DNA of 61,372 nucleotides, the filler included, from Sphacelaria rigidula (Eukaryota): assembly GCA_964200075.2 (NCBI GenBank). It is 8 parts of 8 records of this genome, joined end to end, with 100 filler letters (N's around TTAATTAATTAA, not from the genome) between each part and the next. Parts side by side here need not be neighbours in the genome. Positions count along the whole stretch, not along the records: positions 30,739 to 38,322 come from CAXNAA020014219.1; positions 38,423 to 46,006 come from CAXNAA020014220.1; positions 46,107 to 53,689 come from CAXNAA020014221.1; 5 more parts are not named here. One strand, written 5' to 3'. Positions 37,745-50,532 of this stretch are shown piece by piece. The notes beneath the pieces are model-generated. The model did no database searches. It saw only the letters and a program-made list of their open reading frames with translations, and had not been told where the DNA came from. Made by a program: the position numbers and the translations under genes. Within the stretch, counting starts at the first letter, position 1. Each line of letters begins with the position of its first letter.

Positions 37745-38322
37745 GTAATGTACCCGATGTAAGCGTCCGTTTATCACACGTACGTCGAATGACACCCCCT
37801 GAGGAACACCTTCGAGTGACTGAGTTTTTTTCGGGGATATTTGGGTGCTATACCAGTAGTAAGAAACAAGACTGACGGAAGACGACGCGGGTCGGGGAGT
37901 GCGCTGATGTGACCCGCGATAAGAAAAGCGGTTTTCAGGCAAGTAAAGGGGGAGTGATGTGTTGTGTTATCCGTTGAGTTTTCCTCCAGACTCGCCCGCG
38001 AAGGAGGGGGGGGGGGGGGGGGGGGGCAGGTGAGGGTATGAAACAAGAATAGAAGTGTGCGCTGACTCAATCCACGCTAGTCAGGATGTCAGTCCAGCAG
38101 GTACCGGTAGAGACATGTATTTATCGCTTGTGATAGTACGGACTCGCCGCGAGGCATGGCAACGATGCTGTAAACCGCGCTACTCACTGTGTAAGCTGGG
38201 CAGCCAAGTTATCGTATTTTCAGGGTACTCCTCGGTAATTTACCGTCAACAGGCGGTAATTTTTTTAAATCGACATACTAGCCGCAAGAATTTTTTTTAC
38301 CAAAAACAAATGTGATGGCGAA

Positions 38323-38422
38323 NNNNNNNNNNNNNNNNNNNNNNNNNNNNNNNNNNNNNNNNNNNNTTAATTAATTAANNNNNNNNNNNNNNNNNNNNNN
38401 NNNNNNNNNNNNNNNNNNNNNN
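38323..38422. other. Artificial scaffold linker
   Basis: N44-TTAATTAATTAA-N44. Confidence 0.97.
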
Positions 38423-41207
38423 TGGGGGGGGAGGGGGGGGGGCAAGGAGGGGAAGGGGGGGGAGGGGAGGGGAGGGGAGGGGAGGGAAGGGCTGGAAGAG
38501 GGGACAAATAGCAAAGAGTGTGGGGCGAACAGGGAGTGGTGACGAATGCGGTCGATCGTACAACGTGTGGTGTTCGGTGGTTAAGTGCGGAAGGTATGTA
38601 GCTAGTACGGTTTCCCTGCGTTGGAAAGCAAGAGCTTGTTTTTAGTGGCGGCTGTCATTCTCTCGATCTCAAATATCTGTCTGTGTGCTTGCAGAGACGT
38701 ACACGCAGGAGCTCGCGTTTTCCTAGAAGCGTCGAAGGATGCCACGCGCGTCGGTTGGACCCTGGCTGTGCTGTGGTGCTGCGTACAACTATACACTGTA
38801 GGGTGGTAATCCGCAACAATCAAGACTTACTGGAATATGACAACCCCGAACGGCTACACGCAAGCTTGCAATCCAGCGGCACGAACCACCATCATCCCGC
38901 AGTATGTCCAGCAAGTGTCTAGCCGCCGCAGGCTGCTCATGTGTTCATGTGTTCGATGAGGATCACCAACACAAGTGCCCCCTGCAAGTCCAGACTACTG
39001 TACTTCCTTTGTTGAGCTATTCAGACGAGAGGAGGAAGTAGGAGACCCGTTGAACTGATGAGTAGCACGTGGCGGGGATAATCCAACCGATCAACAGCAG
39101 AGAGAGTACCGTAACCGCGTTTCCGAAACACATGAGACACGCATCGTCGAAGCTGGGTCAAGAAGTTGCTCATCGACCCACACGGTTTTTCGCTTCCGGC
39201 GAAGCGCGTTCCAGTAAATTGATCACACGCACCCGCATGCACTGTGAGGGCTCGTGTTACGTACAGAATGCCGGGCCCACTGTATTTTTGTTGGAGATCC
39301 CGTAGCGGTTGTGTTCGATGCCGCCGTTCCGTAACAAGTCACCAGGCGCGGCTAATTCAAAACGATATCCGATATGCCCCGGGCATGTGTTTGATCCGTT
39401 GACCGCCACGGTAGGTCATCTGTTGAATCGGCATCACTTTCAATTCAAAAGTTATTGCGTAACCCAGATCACCGATTCAAGTTCCGCGCCCCGTAAAATC
39501 TTGAGGGTCCCTCCACATCGATCCATGTGGCCTACTACGCCTGCTACGCCACGCGCATCCTACCTTCCTTGTGGCTGGAAGCCGCGACGCTTGCTCAGCT
39601 TGGTCCATATGCTGTTTTGTTGTTCCAAAAAGAGACTTCAGGCCCCGTCTTAGGGTTAACTTTCTTCACTTTTTCCGGAAAAAGAAGAAGACCCCGACTT
39701 CTCCCAAAAATAATTTGATGGGAAAATATCCTACGCTAGATTCTCGGAGAACCTGTAGTCAGTGTTGAATTCATCTATATTGCTCCATCCGCTCGAGATT
39801 TCTGTACATTTTCCGGAGTAGGAGTTCTGTATTCCGAAAAAAGAGGAGATTTCGGGGGAGAAGTAAATCCGTTGAAATATTACCCCTTTTCAAGACATTT
39901 TTTTTTCATCATCCTACTGGTTGGTTGAGGGCTGATGGGCTGGTGCTCCATTTCCACGCCCTCGAGATCGTTGTTATGAGAATGAATATTTTTTTTACTA
40001 TTTTCTTATGAGAACGGAGAAACATTCCGATGGGGGTGCGAAAGGGAGTTGACGATGGTTTGCCGCGGTGGGCTGTTCGGCTCATGATGATTCATAGGAC
40101 ACAGGACCACACACCCGGGGTGCACAGGAGAAGAGAGAAGTGACTACAGCTGAATCTTCCAGCACTTCGCCGATTCACAGAACACCGCCGATTTAGCAAG
40201 CTTGGACCCATCGGCGGGTAGTACGATCAAGGCTTCTCAGCATTGGGGCGATCACGCGCAAGGTGTATCGGTATTGTCGCAGGGTCGAGACGCGGACCGT
40301 TTCTCGCATGAGGAAATGAAGTATCCGCAGCAGCAGCAGCGGCGGCAGCAATATCGGCAACAGCTGATTTAGCCCCACCCCTGGCCGTACACAAACTGTT
40401 GCTGTTTCTCTTCCTTGAACAAGAAACGGTCCGCGCTTCGACCATGCGTAATGCTGATACACCTCGCGCCTAATCGCCGCCCTGCTGGGAATCTCTGGTT
40501 TGCATGTTACCACGTCATCATGGCGCTTTCATCGTGTTTTTCTTTTTTTAATAGAAAGTCGGTCGATTTCTCGTGATTGGGATACTATGAGTGGTCACAA
40601 TCGTCATCATTGTCACAATCTCATCCTCATTTTTTTCTCCATGAGACGGGGCCTCGGGGCTTACCAGCACGCAAATTTCGATAGCACGATGTCCAGATAC
40701 GTGCGCGTCAGGAGCACATGGGTGCGTGTATTTTGTGGAGTATTACGTGAATATCTCGAAGGTGCTCATCCTCGTAACTTTAATCCTTTAACCACGAGGA
40801 TGACTCATCTGGGTCGCGCACAATCATTGTTCAGGTGAACATGATGCTGATTCGACAGATAACCCACCTTGGTGGTCAAAGGGTGAAATCACACGATACC
40901 AACGCCTGCTCTTAGCGCTGAGTACAACACCCTTCCTGTCATGAAAAGCGTCACGTTCAGCTTGGTTCAGCGAGTGATGCCGCGAAAACCCCCTCCAAGA
41001 AAAGTGGTTGGGGTGAGGAGGCGAAATCTACATGCAAATCAAAATAATAGCAAGAAGAGCTGACTGAGCACACGAAGCAGCCGGGAACTCGCACGCTTGA
41101 GATATTTGTCACCAATTTCGCCCATACGAGGGGCTTCATGCAGTCTGAAACCAGCTATCATGCCCTGTATGGCCATTTTTTCGTGACAGTCTTGGGACTG
41201 GTTTGGG

Positions 41208-41596
41208 TGTACAAATGATCTTGGACGCCGTAGTCATTTGACCATTAAACTCGCATCCCTCCAAAGCCGGGACGGAGCACGCCGGGTTTTCGCCAGACCA
41301 GGCTCGCGATCAGTCACCAAGCGCAAAGCGCCGTGGTACGTTCGGCGAGTCGCGCGAAGCCCACTACTGATTATGTTGGATTTGGATGACAGCCTCCAAC
41401 GAATTGCTGCATTTTCTTGTATCGCCACTTCGAGATACAGCTACGCGGGTTCCACACTACCTCACGGGTGTCTCACCATACAAACACAGTGTAGTACGGT
41501 CATCCCCTTTGCGCGGAATAGAGGTTATCCACTCCGCATGATATGATCTAGCTCAACCACAATCATAATTACCGCAAAAAAAATGCAAGCGAACAG
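41208..41596 (+). mobile_element. Repeat family B copy with an apparent 14-bp target-site duplication
   Basis: Flanked by GGGACTGGTTTGGG (41194-41207) and GGGGCTGGTTTGGG (41597-41610). Confidence 0.65.
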
Positions 41597-43968
41597 GGGG
41601 CTGGTTTGGGAGGGGGCTATAGCGGTATCACTCCAGCCAAACACGGTCGTTTTCATTCAAGAAGGATCTCTTGTTAGTTGCGATTGCGCCAGCTTGGCTG
41701 GTGCGCCAAGCAAATTTTTGGATTCACAACACGAGCACACACACAGAGCTTTTTTAATGTACTGCACCGTCGCCCCGGTACAAGCGCAACTCACCTCCAC
41801 TAAGTTAGACCAATCGTATGCACATGAGATCAAGTATGTACAGTACACCACATGTTTTCTGTTCCAAAATAATGATTATGTGCACTTTCTTGACTGATTC
41901 GAAAGTACATAATACGACTTGGCCTCGCGCGTCGAGTTGGAAAGTCGCGCGCCACCCCCTGAAGTCCGAATGGCCACCTGCGGCACCGGATCTTTCAAGG
42001 TTAGAGATACATATTATCTTTCTTCTTTCTTCTTTCTTCTTTATTCCTGTTTTGCTTGTATCGCGTTGGGGTTTTTCTTTTCTGGGTCTATATTTGTTTT
42101 GTTTGATTTCCTCCTATATTATTTTAGGTAGCTAGTCTGTGACCACGGAAGGCGTCCGCATCAGATGCCCAGTACGAATGTACCGCGCAGATATCGGGAC
42201 GGTTTTTAATGTGGAGACAACAACAACAACAACAACACGATGTATGGATGGTTCAGACGCAAATCAAAACGCACGAGTATGCAATCATAACTCAAACCGT
42301 CGAAACTCTCGAAATTGGTCCATAGCTGTACTTGCAGTACGGCATAACCCGCACACGCTCGGCCGAATTGATGTCATCATGACCACGAGAGTCAGGAATA
42401 TTTCTCGCCAGGCTGCACCGTATTGCAGTACCCTTGGACGCTCCGAACCAGTAGCGTTCGAGAGATGTGGTCGCCAAAACCTTTAGTTTAGTTAGTACAT
42501 CTTCATTTTGGGGGGGAACTGAGGCGGGTTTTCATCGGAATCGAGAAATCGTTTTTTTCCAAATCATTCTGTTGACAGAACAGCCTGTGATTGGTCGCTG
42601 CGATACCACCCCCCCCCCCCCCCCCCCGCAAAACAAAACTTGCCCCCAAATCTTTCGTTTTCACTCCGAAGCGGAACATAGACGCCCCGTTGACAGGGAC
42701 ACATGCGAAGGCTTGACACACAACGCAACACAATCAAGGTTAACCTGCGGAACTCTTTGCCCCCCGTCAAAACCAAAAACGCACAGCTTGAGCAGTCAGC
42801 TGAGCCCGTTGTGCCTGACCTTGTGTAGGAAACGATGATTCGAGTGAGACGCGCGCATATCACACGCACACGAAAAGTCAGCACCTGCGTTTTTTTGGTT
42901 TGAAGTTGACACGGACGCGGCCCCGTTTCCTCTGATGCAAAACGGATTTCCCTCAAACACAGAGTGCCGTGTGTAGATGAGCATGCGCTAGCGCTGCAGT
43001 TTATGTGCGTGAGTGGTGGGTGTCTATCCGTATTTTTTCGGGGCTTTGTGTGATGGTGTTGTATTGCCTTGTTCCGTCCTGCCTGTAGCAGTACACATGT
43101 GTTGGGCGAACGGCCACTTCAAGAACCACCGCATTATTGAACCTGTGTATAGATCTGGGCTTCGATCTCGGACAAGAAATGGTCTCGATTCTCGATGGAG
43201 GTATCTCAATATCGAGGTTCCCCGTGTATTTTACTTATTGTTCAATATACCGGGAACCTCGACTGTGAGATACTTCTGATGATGAGACTGGAACGGGTCG
43301 TTGTAGGGACAATCCTGTTTCGAAAAAGATATTGAGAAAGGCGCCAGATGGTCTCCGATAGAAACCCGCATGACAGTCGTAGCTGCTCGTCAGCGTGTGC
43401 GGGACGCGTATTTGCTGAAACAGCTCCGAGTTCAGCTGTTTCAGCACACTCTTCCCAGACCACCCTCTGTACATATTGCTCGCTCGAGGCTTCTCATCAG
43501 TGATGATTTGAGTAGGAGCTGGGTTTGGGGTTAGCGTTAGGGGTAGATTTATGCAAGAAGCAAGAATCTGTCTATCAACCGAACTGGGTGCCCAACTCGC
43601 GCGAACGTACCTTCTCCTACCGATATCATGTACCAACAGCCAGCAGCCGGCAGCCGGGGAAAAGAAGAATCACAAATACCGCAGTTGTTGGTGATCATGA
43701 TGGGCAAAGAAATAGTGATTAAAAAGTACGCGAGTGAGTCAGCACACCAATATCAATAGCGTTTGCTGCATGATGATGGGACGCCTTCGAATTGTAGACT
43801 CTGCTATTCCGTAGCCGTACAGAGCCGGCTCGCTGTTGATCAAAGCAAACTGACTGGGTCGGGCTTCGCTCTCTCAGTTTTCTTTTCATCTGTTGGATGA
43901 ACGTGGCGTCATAAGCCCATTTTTTACCGGCCTCACGGACATGGTTTAGCGTACTCGTGGCTATTTCT

Positions 43969-44676
43969 TGCGAATAAGTCACAATAATTACTGAGCCACC
44001 GACTCATCCCTGACGACTCGGTGGCTCAGTAATTATTGTGGTGTCTTCACAAAAGTTGATCCAGGTGTCGTCCCCGTCAAGCCTAAAAATCGAACAACAA
44101 GGGCGTGTCGGTGGGGAATTTTTTTGGTATTTTTCAAAGTCGCACGCACACCACCTGCTTAAGTCACTCACAAATGACTTGGATGTGCTTTAGAGAGGGC
44201 AACAACAGCACTGGGCTGGCTGCTGCTGTGGGCATGGGCCAGATCTCCACTTACTTTTCAAAACACCAACAATATCGGGTGGTATACCGTACTCGACACG
44301 CCCTTACAATTGAACTCCCTCTTCGCCTTAACAAGCTAGTCCCGGGATTCGATTCTCCCCATAATATTTCTTGGCCGATTTTGTTCGTGATGAAAGAAGA
44401 GCCAGAATAAAATCAATAAGCCCTCCAGATTAGCAGCGTTGAATGCAGGGATGACAACCCTGGAGCGGAAAGGGACTTTAACCCATCCATAGGCTTGGCT
44501 TGACGGCTTGGAAGGACACCGGGATTTGGTTTGTTCGTTGGCCGATGCCACAACAATAACCACAGAGCTGCGTCAGCGCTGACTTCGCTGCCTCGCAACA
44601 ACAACCGCAGAGCCACTGAGTCAGCGCTGACGTCGCTGCCTCGGTGGCTCGGTGGTTATATCGTGACGTGTTGACA
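43969..44676. mobile_element. Diverged element with hairpin terminal repeats, same architecture as 15685-16193
   Basis: Left hairpin 43969-44051 (23-bp perfect stem) followed by AAAGT. Right degenerate hairpin with GTCAGCGCTGAC. Flanks TTTCT / TTTAT. Confidence 0.55.
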
Positions 44677-44736
44677 TTTATTTCTCAACCCGTCTCTTTA
44701 GGCCGCTCCCTTCGGCAAAAAAAAAACGAAGTCATT

Positions 44737-45137
44737 TATAAACGCTTTTTTGGTGCTTCTTGGTCGTTGTATGCCCTAAAAGAGAGCTAGGCGGAGGTTG
44801 ACACCTTAGGATGACTTGCTGTACTCGTTTGTTTAGGCGGTTCTCGGACATCTTCGCGTTGTCCGGTGACCGCAGTTCTTATTTCGACCAAACTTGGATT
44901 TATGTCCAAGAACGATCAAGAACGGTCAGATCTGGAAAACTGCCATTTTTCTCTGAACTTGACCGTCTCACGACAAAAATGCTTGTTTGGCCATAATACA
45001 AAGTGCGGCCACCGGAAAACGCGAAGATGTCCAGGAACCGCCCGAATGAGTACGGCGAGTCATACCAAGGTGTCAACCTCCGCCTAGCTCTTGGTTAGGG
45101 CATTAAAGGAACAAGAAGCACCAAAACAGAGTTTTTA
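44737..45137. mobile_element. Fold-back MITE with long TIRs
   Basis: GAGCTAGGCGGAGGTTGACACCTT / AAGGTGTCAACCTCCGCCTAGCTC plus further inverted blocks. Confidence 0.7.
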
Positions 45138-45455
45138 CAGGATTTTTTTTCTGCTTGCTATAAGGAGCTAAGTTAGCGGTACAGTATTATCAACTAGACT
45201 TATTATTTTGTCAGATGAAATCCGATTTTATTTTATTTTAATAACTTCCTCCCCGAAAAATGTGAGATGAGCGTTCTTAACCAGGTCAGGAAATAGATCA
45301 GTTCAAGACTGCAGATAATCTAGCGTCATTTTCTTTCCAGACATACATTTTTTGGAGCAAATGGGAAGAAGACTTCAAATTTTCCTAAATTGTCGGGATA
45401 TATATATATATACATGCATAAATTAAAAATCCCGTTGATGAAGACTAATACCCCT

Positions 45456-45930
45456 TAGGTCAACTCTATTGGGAGCCGTTCAAAATTCCTGTCGAAAACT
45501 GCATTTTGGGCCCTCCTCCGTTGATTTACGCCCGAAAAGAGGGCTAGGCGGATGTTGATGCCTTGGAATGACTTGCTCTACTCGTTGAGACCGTTCTAGG
45601 GCAACTGTACATTCCCGCTGGCCGCACTTTTGTTTTGGCCAAATCAGGCCAAACACGGATTTTCAGTAAAAAACGGTCAGGTGATCAGAATTTCCCCCTG
45701 TCTTTTGATCGCTTGACCGCTTTTTGTTAAAAATCCGTGTTTGGCCAGAAATGAAAGTGCGGCCAGCGGGGAATGCAAAGTTGCCCTGGAACGCCCTCAA
45801 TGTGTAGAGCAGGTCATTCCAAGGCGTCAACATCCGCCTAACCCTCTTTTCAGGCGTAAAACGACGGAGAAGGCCAAAAAGGCAGTTCTGAACAGGAATT
45901 TTGAACGGCTTCCATTAGAGTCGGTCTTAC
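45456..45930. mobile_element. Fold-back MITE, almost entirely inverted repeat, related to 44737-45137
   Basis: ~230-bp arms, e.g. GCCGTTCAAAATTCCTGT / ACAGGAATTTTGAACGGC. Confidence 0.75.
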
Positions 45931-46006
45931 TAGGTGGTTTCTAGGTGAATCCCCGACCGCACCCCCCCACGCCACCCCCGCCTCTCCTCACACACCCCCT
46001 CCAGAC

Positions 46007-46106
46007 NNNNNNNNNNNNNNNNNNNNNNNNNNNNNNNNNNNNNNNNNNNNTTAATTAATTAANNNNNNNNNNNNNNNNNNNNNNNNNNNNNNNNNNNNNN
46101 NNNNNN
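46007..46106. other. Artificial scaffold linker
   Basis: N44-TTAATTAATTAA-N44. Confidence 0.97.
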
Positions 46107-47783
46107 CCCCCCCCCCTTTTGGGGAGGGAGGGGTGAACAATATTATAATTCCGAAAGGAAGCAACAACAGAACCCCCCCCCCCCCCCCCCCCCTCCCCCA
46201 ATACTCCCCCAATACTCCCCCAGTACTCCTCTCTCTGTGGGTTGCGTCGGTGGGAGATATGCGTACTACCTGCGCTTGTGAAATGCATACGAATATACGT
46301 TAGAAATAGCAACGGCATCCCGCGGCGCGGCCGGGTTCACAATTATTACTCGCATTACTCTTATTGCGCACGTTATTCTGTATGGGAACATTTTTTATTT
46401 TAAAAGTATTAAACAAAAAAACATAGAAAAAAATAATAATGCTACCGCACAGCAGCACAAAGTCATTCACCACTAACGCGAGTATCCCCTCGCCCTTTCC
46501 CGCTTCTCCTGAATACCTACAAGCCGTCTGCCTCGTCTAGCACACGTGACCACCACCAGAGTCCTCGCAAGACTGTAGAATATTCTTCATTTCCACCCCG
46601 CTGGTGACGCCATACATCACCCTCCATTGTCGATGACTTGATCCATATATTTTTGTGTGAACTACGCGACTGCAAACACGGCTTCTTGTACCGCGAGGCT
46701 AGCTACCCACGCACCCCCAGCGCCTCGATTTTCGTGTCCCGCCAACAGAAGAGCGTCCCGCATATACGCTTTGCCAAGCAGTTGGATTCTCCGAATGCCA
46801 TTATCGGGTTGAATGAGCTTACTGCTGCCTCACGCGCCGTAGCTGTGATGAAGTGGCAAGGAAAGGGTCGCTATCGGACTAGTAACGCGCCAACGATAGC
46901 AACCACTTCAGCTGGGGTGTTCATGAGCAAACCGCGCTGATGATCACTGTGCCCGAGGGTGGCCAAACTATACATTTTTGCAAGGTACTAGGGAATATTG
47001 TAGGTACATGCTTGTTTGGCCGTTTGTTTTTAAATTAGAACGTGACACATGGGTAGGATCAAAACTAACATCTGGCTCGTCCACATTTTTTTATAAGTTA
47101 CGTTTGGGAACACAATGTTTGCGGTGCCCCGTATTGTGTGTTTATATGTTAGGTTCCATTCTGTGGCGACGGGCATGTTTCCTGGGGAAGGGGCAGATCT
47201 GGTGCACCACGTCATGGCCAAGGCGCTACACGCGGTATGTTCAGTGGCATTTTTACCCTACTGTGCTGCACGTGGCAGGATTTCACCGTAATGCCGTTTC
47301 ATTGTAGTCGTCATTCTCCAAATAAGTACCCAATGCATCTATAGGTAGTTGAAATAGTTTGCGGAATGACTTTTCCAAGAAGCCAAAAACGTTGACCATT
47401 CTGCTTGTTATCCTGACACTGCCACCAAAACCCCACCGTTATTTCTCACTGGCGTACCTCGTATATATATACATAGAGCATACTCCCAATCATCAGTTGA
47501 TGAAAAAGGCGAAAAAAAATGTTCCTAAGCTCCATCATTATCCATCCCCCAGGATTTTCCAAGACTGGGGAATGCGTGTCTTCCCCCGTTCTTTACTCGT
47601 CTCTAGCGAGTGTTTCCCTTCTCGTTGAGTTTACAGTAAGCACCTTGCCTACGTATGTCTACGTTGTGAAAACGCAGGCCGTACCCTTCGATTTGTCTGT
47701 TGATGTGCGACAATATATATATATATATATATAATGGCTTTATTTACATAGCCATCCCTGCTGCATGTATATTATCCTCCTAG

Positions 47784-47948
47784 GTGAAGAGCCTGAGCGT
47801 TGATGATGCTGACAAGGGAGATACATTGGAGAATGACAACTTCAACGCCGGTGACCGGAGGGAAGAGTCATCATCTACTGCAAGGCTGAGGGAAGGAATC
47901 AAAGCCGCGCTATTAGTAGTCGAGCCGTATAAGCCCCGCTGGTCTCAG
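47784..47948 (+). CDS. COQ9: Ubiquinone biosynthesis protein COQ9 exon (…RLREGIKAALLVVEPYKPRWSQ)
   Basis: TAG acceptor, GTGAGA donor, 165 nt, phase 0. PY...W.Q(A) motif joins the next exon in frame. Confidence 0.8.
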
Positions 47949-48324
47949 GTGAGATTCTCTAAATAAAAGTAGAACCATTTTTTCTTCAACAAAATTCCAA
48001 GCGATCGGGCGATCGTAGGTATGGATCTCCAAGGCAGGCGAGTGTATCCATCTTTGAAATCGGAGTCAAGTTTACTTGGAAAATGACTGTCGGATAGAGG
48101 ATACAATTAGCACGCAAAGGGCTGAGAGTGTCGATGAATATGTTCAACGGCGATAAAGAGCGGAAGAAGAAGTGTTGAGTCAGCGAATATATATATATGT
48201 ATATATATATACTTCCTTCATTCCATGAGTCTGCTTGTTTTTGTTTGTACGAGCCCTTCACCATCTCCCATTCTGTTTTTGCTTATTTTTTACGGAATTC
48301 TTTGACGCTTTTCTCAAATGAGCA

Positions 48325-48573
48325 ATGCTACGGTAGGGGTGCACCTATTGCGCAAAATCTTGTCTGGTCCAGGGGCTCCTAACGATTCTAGATGCACAAG
48401 AATATGGGTCAGGGCATCCCCGTGTGCAAATAATGCATTCGGCAAGTCCCTAGCACATTGGAATAGTAGTCCTGGCGTACTCTCATATTTTTCAAAAGTC
48501 GTGTTTTGGATGAGATGAAGGGCTCCTAACAATTCTAACCTCAAAAAATATATGTGCACCTCTACCGTAGCAT
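48325..48573. mobile_element. MITE with TIR ATGCTACGGTAGGGGTGCAC; partial copy at 53790-53932
   Basis: Inverted ends plus a second homologous fragment. Confidence 0.65.
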
Positions 48574-50375
48574 CACGCAAATGAAACATTCTGTTTTATA
48601 TAAGATATAATTACCGTTTTTCAGACCGGCCGAGTCGATGGCACGTGCGCAAGAGTTAGCGTGCAATAGTGCGCGCGGGCCAGGCTAGGCTTCAACTCTC
48701 TGTGGTTATATGTACCTCTATACCCATTTTAGCACGCATAGTACCGCGGCGTCCCGCCGGTTGCAGTTGTACATTACCGGCCGGGTTGGGCGGAGTAGAA
48801 GTAGTGGGTTCAAATGTCAACAGTGTAGGTTTTGATCGATTTGATTGATTGATTTTCGCACATTAGCTGATCCCCTTGATGGGAACCATGTAGACGTACG
48901 TAAAGAAGGTAAATTTAAGACGGGAATACTCGCTAAAGGAAAATCGACAAGGAGGAATTATAAAAACGAACACATACAGAGAATAAACAAAGTTTTTTTG
49001 TTTTTCTGTCAACAAAAGTAGAACAGCACAAAGGACAACAGGAAAGAAAGGAAATGGAAGGAAGAGGAAAGGAAGAGGAAAGGAAGATGAGAATAAAAGG
49101 GAAGGGAAAGAAGATGTAACGCCAAGATGAAGGTCTGCTTGCTGTTTGTCCGTTGTGAGACGCGTGAGGTCCTGTCTTGACTCAATTTGGGGGGGGGGGG
49201 GAATGATTATCTGCGTGAAGTCAGCTCGTTTTATTGTTCCGAGCGGGTCTGGGTCGACACAGACGAAATGCCCGAAAGACACAACGGTAACCTGACCGAG
49301 CGAGATTTATGTACGAGGTAGTACAGGGCCTAGCTCACATTGCACGGCGAACGATTACTTGACATTCTATCGGCCCGTGCAAATGTGGAGGTGTCTCGCC
49401 GTACAAAAGTGCTTGCCACCACGTGCGGAGCGACGAAGCACGGGCGTACTTGATCTAACGCTATGTAGCCCTCTCTCAGCTATGTAGGAGGATCTCTAGT
49501 TCACTGAAATCGGTTGAGTGGGGGGGTGAGCAATAACATTGAAGACGCGCGGGATTCAAAATTGAGGTGGGCGTATCTGCGGACCGAGTGCCTTGTGTTT
49601 GACTGTGTCAACAGCTATTCAACACATCGGTTCTCATCTCACTCAGCTCTTGCTGGATCCCCACCCCCACCCCCTGAAAGGTACTCCGTGCTGAGTCGCC
49701 CAAGAGCTACGTTTCGGTGTGCGCGATGATGCATCGATCGCGTGCTGTAGAGGTTGGCACGGTGTACGGTGTACGGTGTAGTGCTGTGTGCATACTGGCT
49801 TCATATTCTCTAGCTGCGCTACTGCGCTGCGGTACGTGGTTCCTACAAAACTGCTTCTTTTTTTCCAACCTTGAATTAAAAAAGGGTTTTTGACATGCTG
49901 ACAGATTTCAAGCAAGCACCGACAAAAGAACGAGGAAATAAAAAAACGATTTCCGGGCCCCCCAATCAACGGTCTGCCATATTTTCATTTTTTATTTTAT
50001 GATTTCCCACTAAAAAAATCATTGTCGACATTGTTATTAAAAACACGACCTAAGAGCCTAAGCGTGCAAATGTTGGATGACAGCCGACGGACTGCGGGAG
50101 GTGCTGATGGTCATGCTTGTCATCATCCAAAGCTCGATAAGAACATGTGAGGTAGGTACGGTACCGAGGGGGAGATGCGTTGATTCCCTTGCGACTGTTA
50201 TGGACTCGTCCTGAGGGAGAGCAGGGTCGAAAAAGCATGACGAAAAAATGAACAAACGATGATGAAAGGGATGGTGTCTTCCTCGTCAGCCTTCGACCAA
50301 TCAACCTATTGTTCTCTGTCGGATAATGTGGCTGGTGCACAAATCCTGCCTTCGCCCCCGTCTCGCGATAAGCAG

Positions 50376-50532
50376 GCCATGGGGATCGGCGCCTTGCCAC
50401 AGAACGCGGGTACTACCGCCACCGCACTCGCAGTTTTGGCGGATGAACTGGCGTTTTTGAGTGGGGACCGTTCCACGGATCTAGCCTGGTACGGCAAACG
50501 GGGGGTCATCGGTGGGATTCACGCCTCTACAG
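50376..50532 (+). CDS. COQ9: COQ9 exon (AMGIGALPQNA...LADELAFLSGDRSTDLAWYGKRGVIGGIHAST)
   Basis: CAG acceptor, GTGTGA donor. GD.STD..WY.KR is the COQ9 signature. Confidence 0.9.

Noticed and set aside
40193-40513. Possible terminal exon on the minus strand
   Set aside because: No clear acceptor, partner exons or motif.
43270-43550. Hammerhead ribozyme or Penelope-like repeat beside TTAGGG-like sequence
   Set aside because: CTGATGA/CTGACGA are present, but no properly placed GAAA or closing stems; the telomere-like stretch is too short.
50440-50505. Loss of the key COQ9 lipid-binding Trp
   Set aside because: The D..WY..R residues (human D237/W240/R244) are conserved; only a different upstream Trp is substituted.
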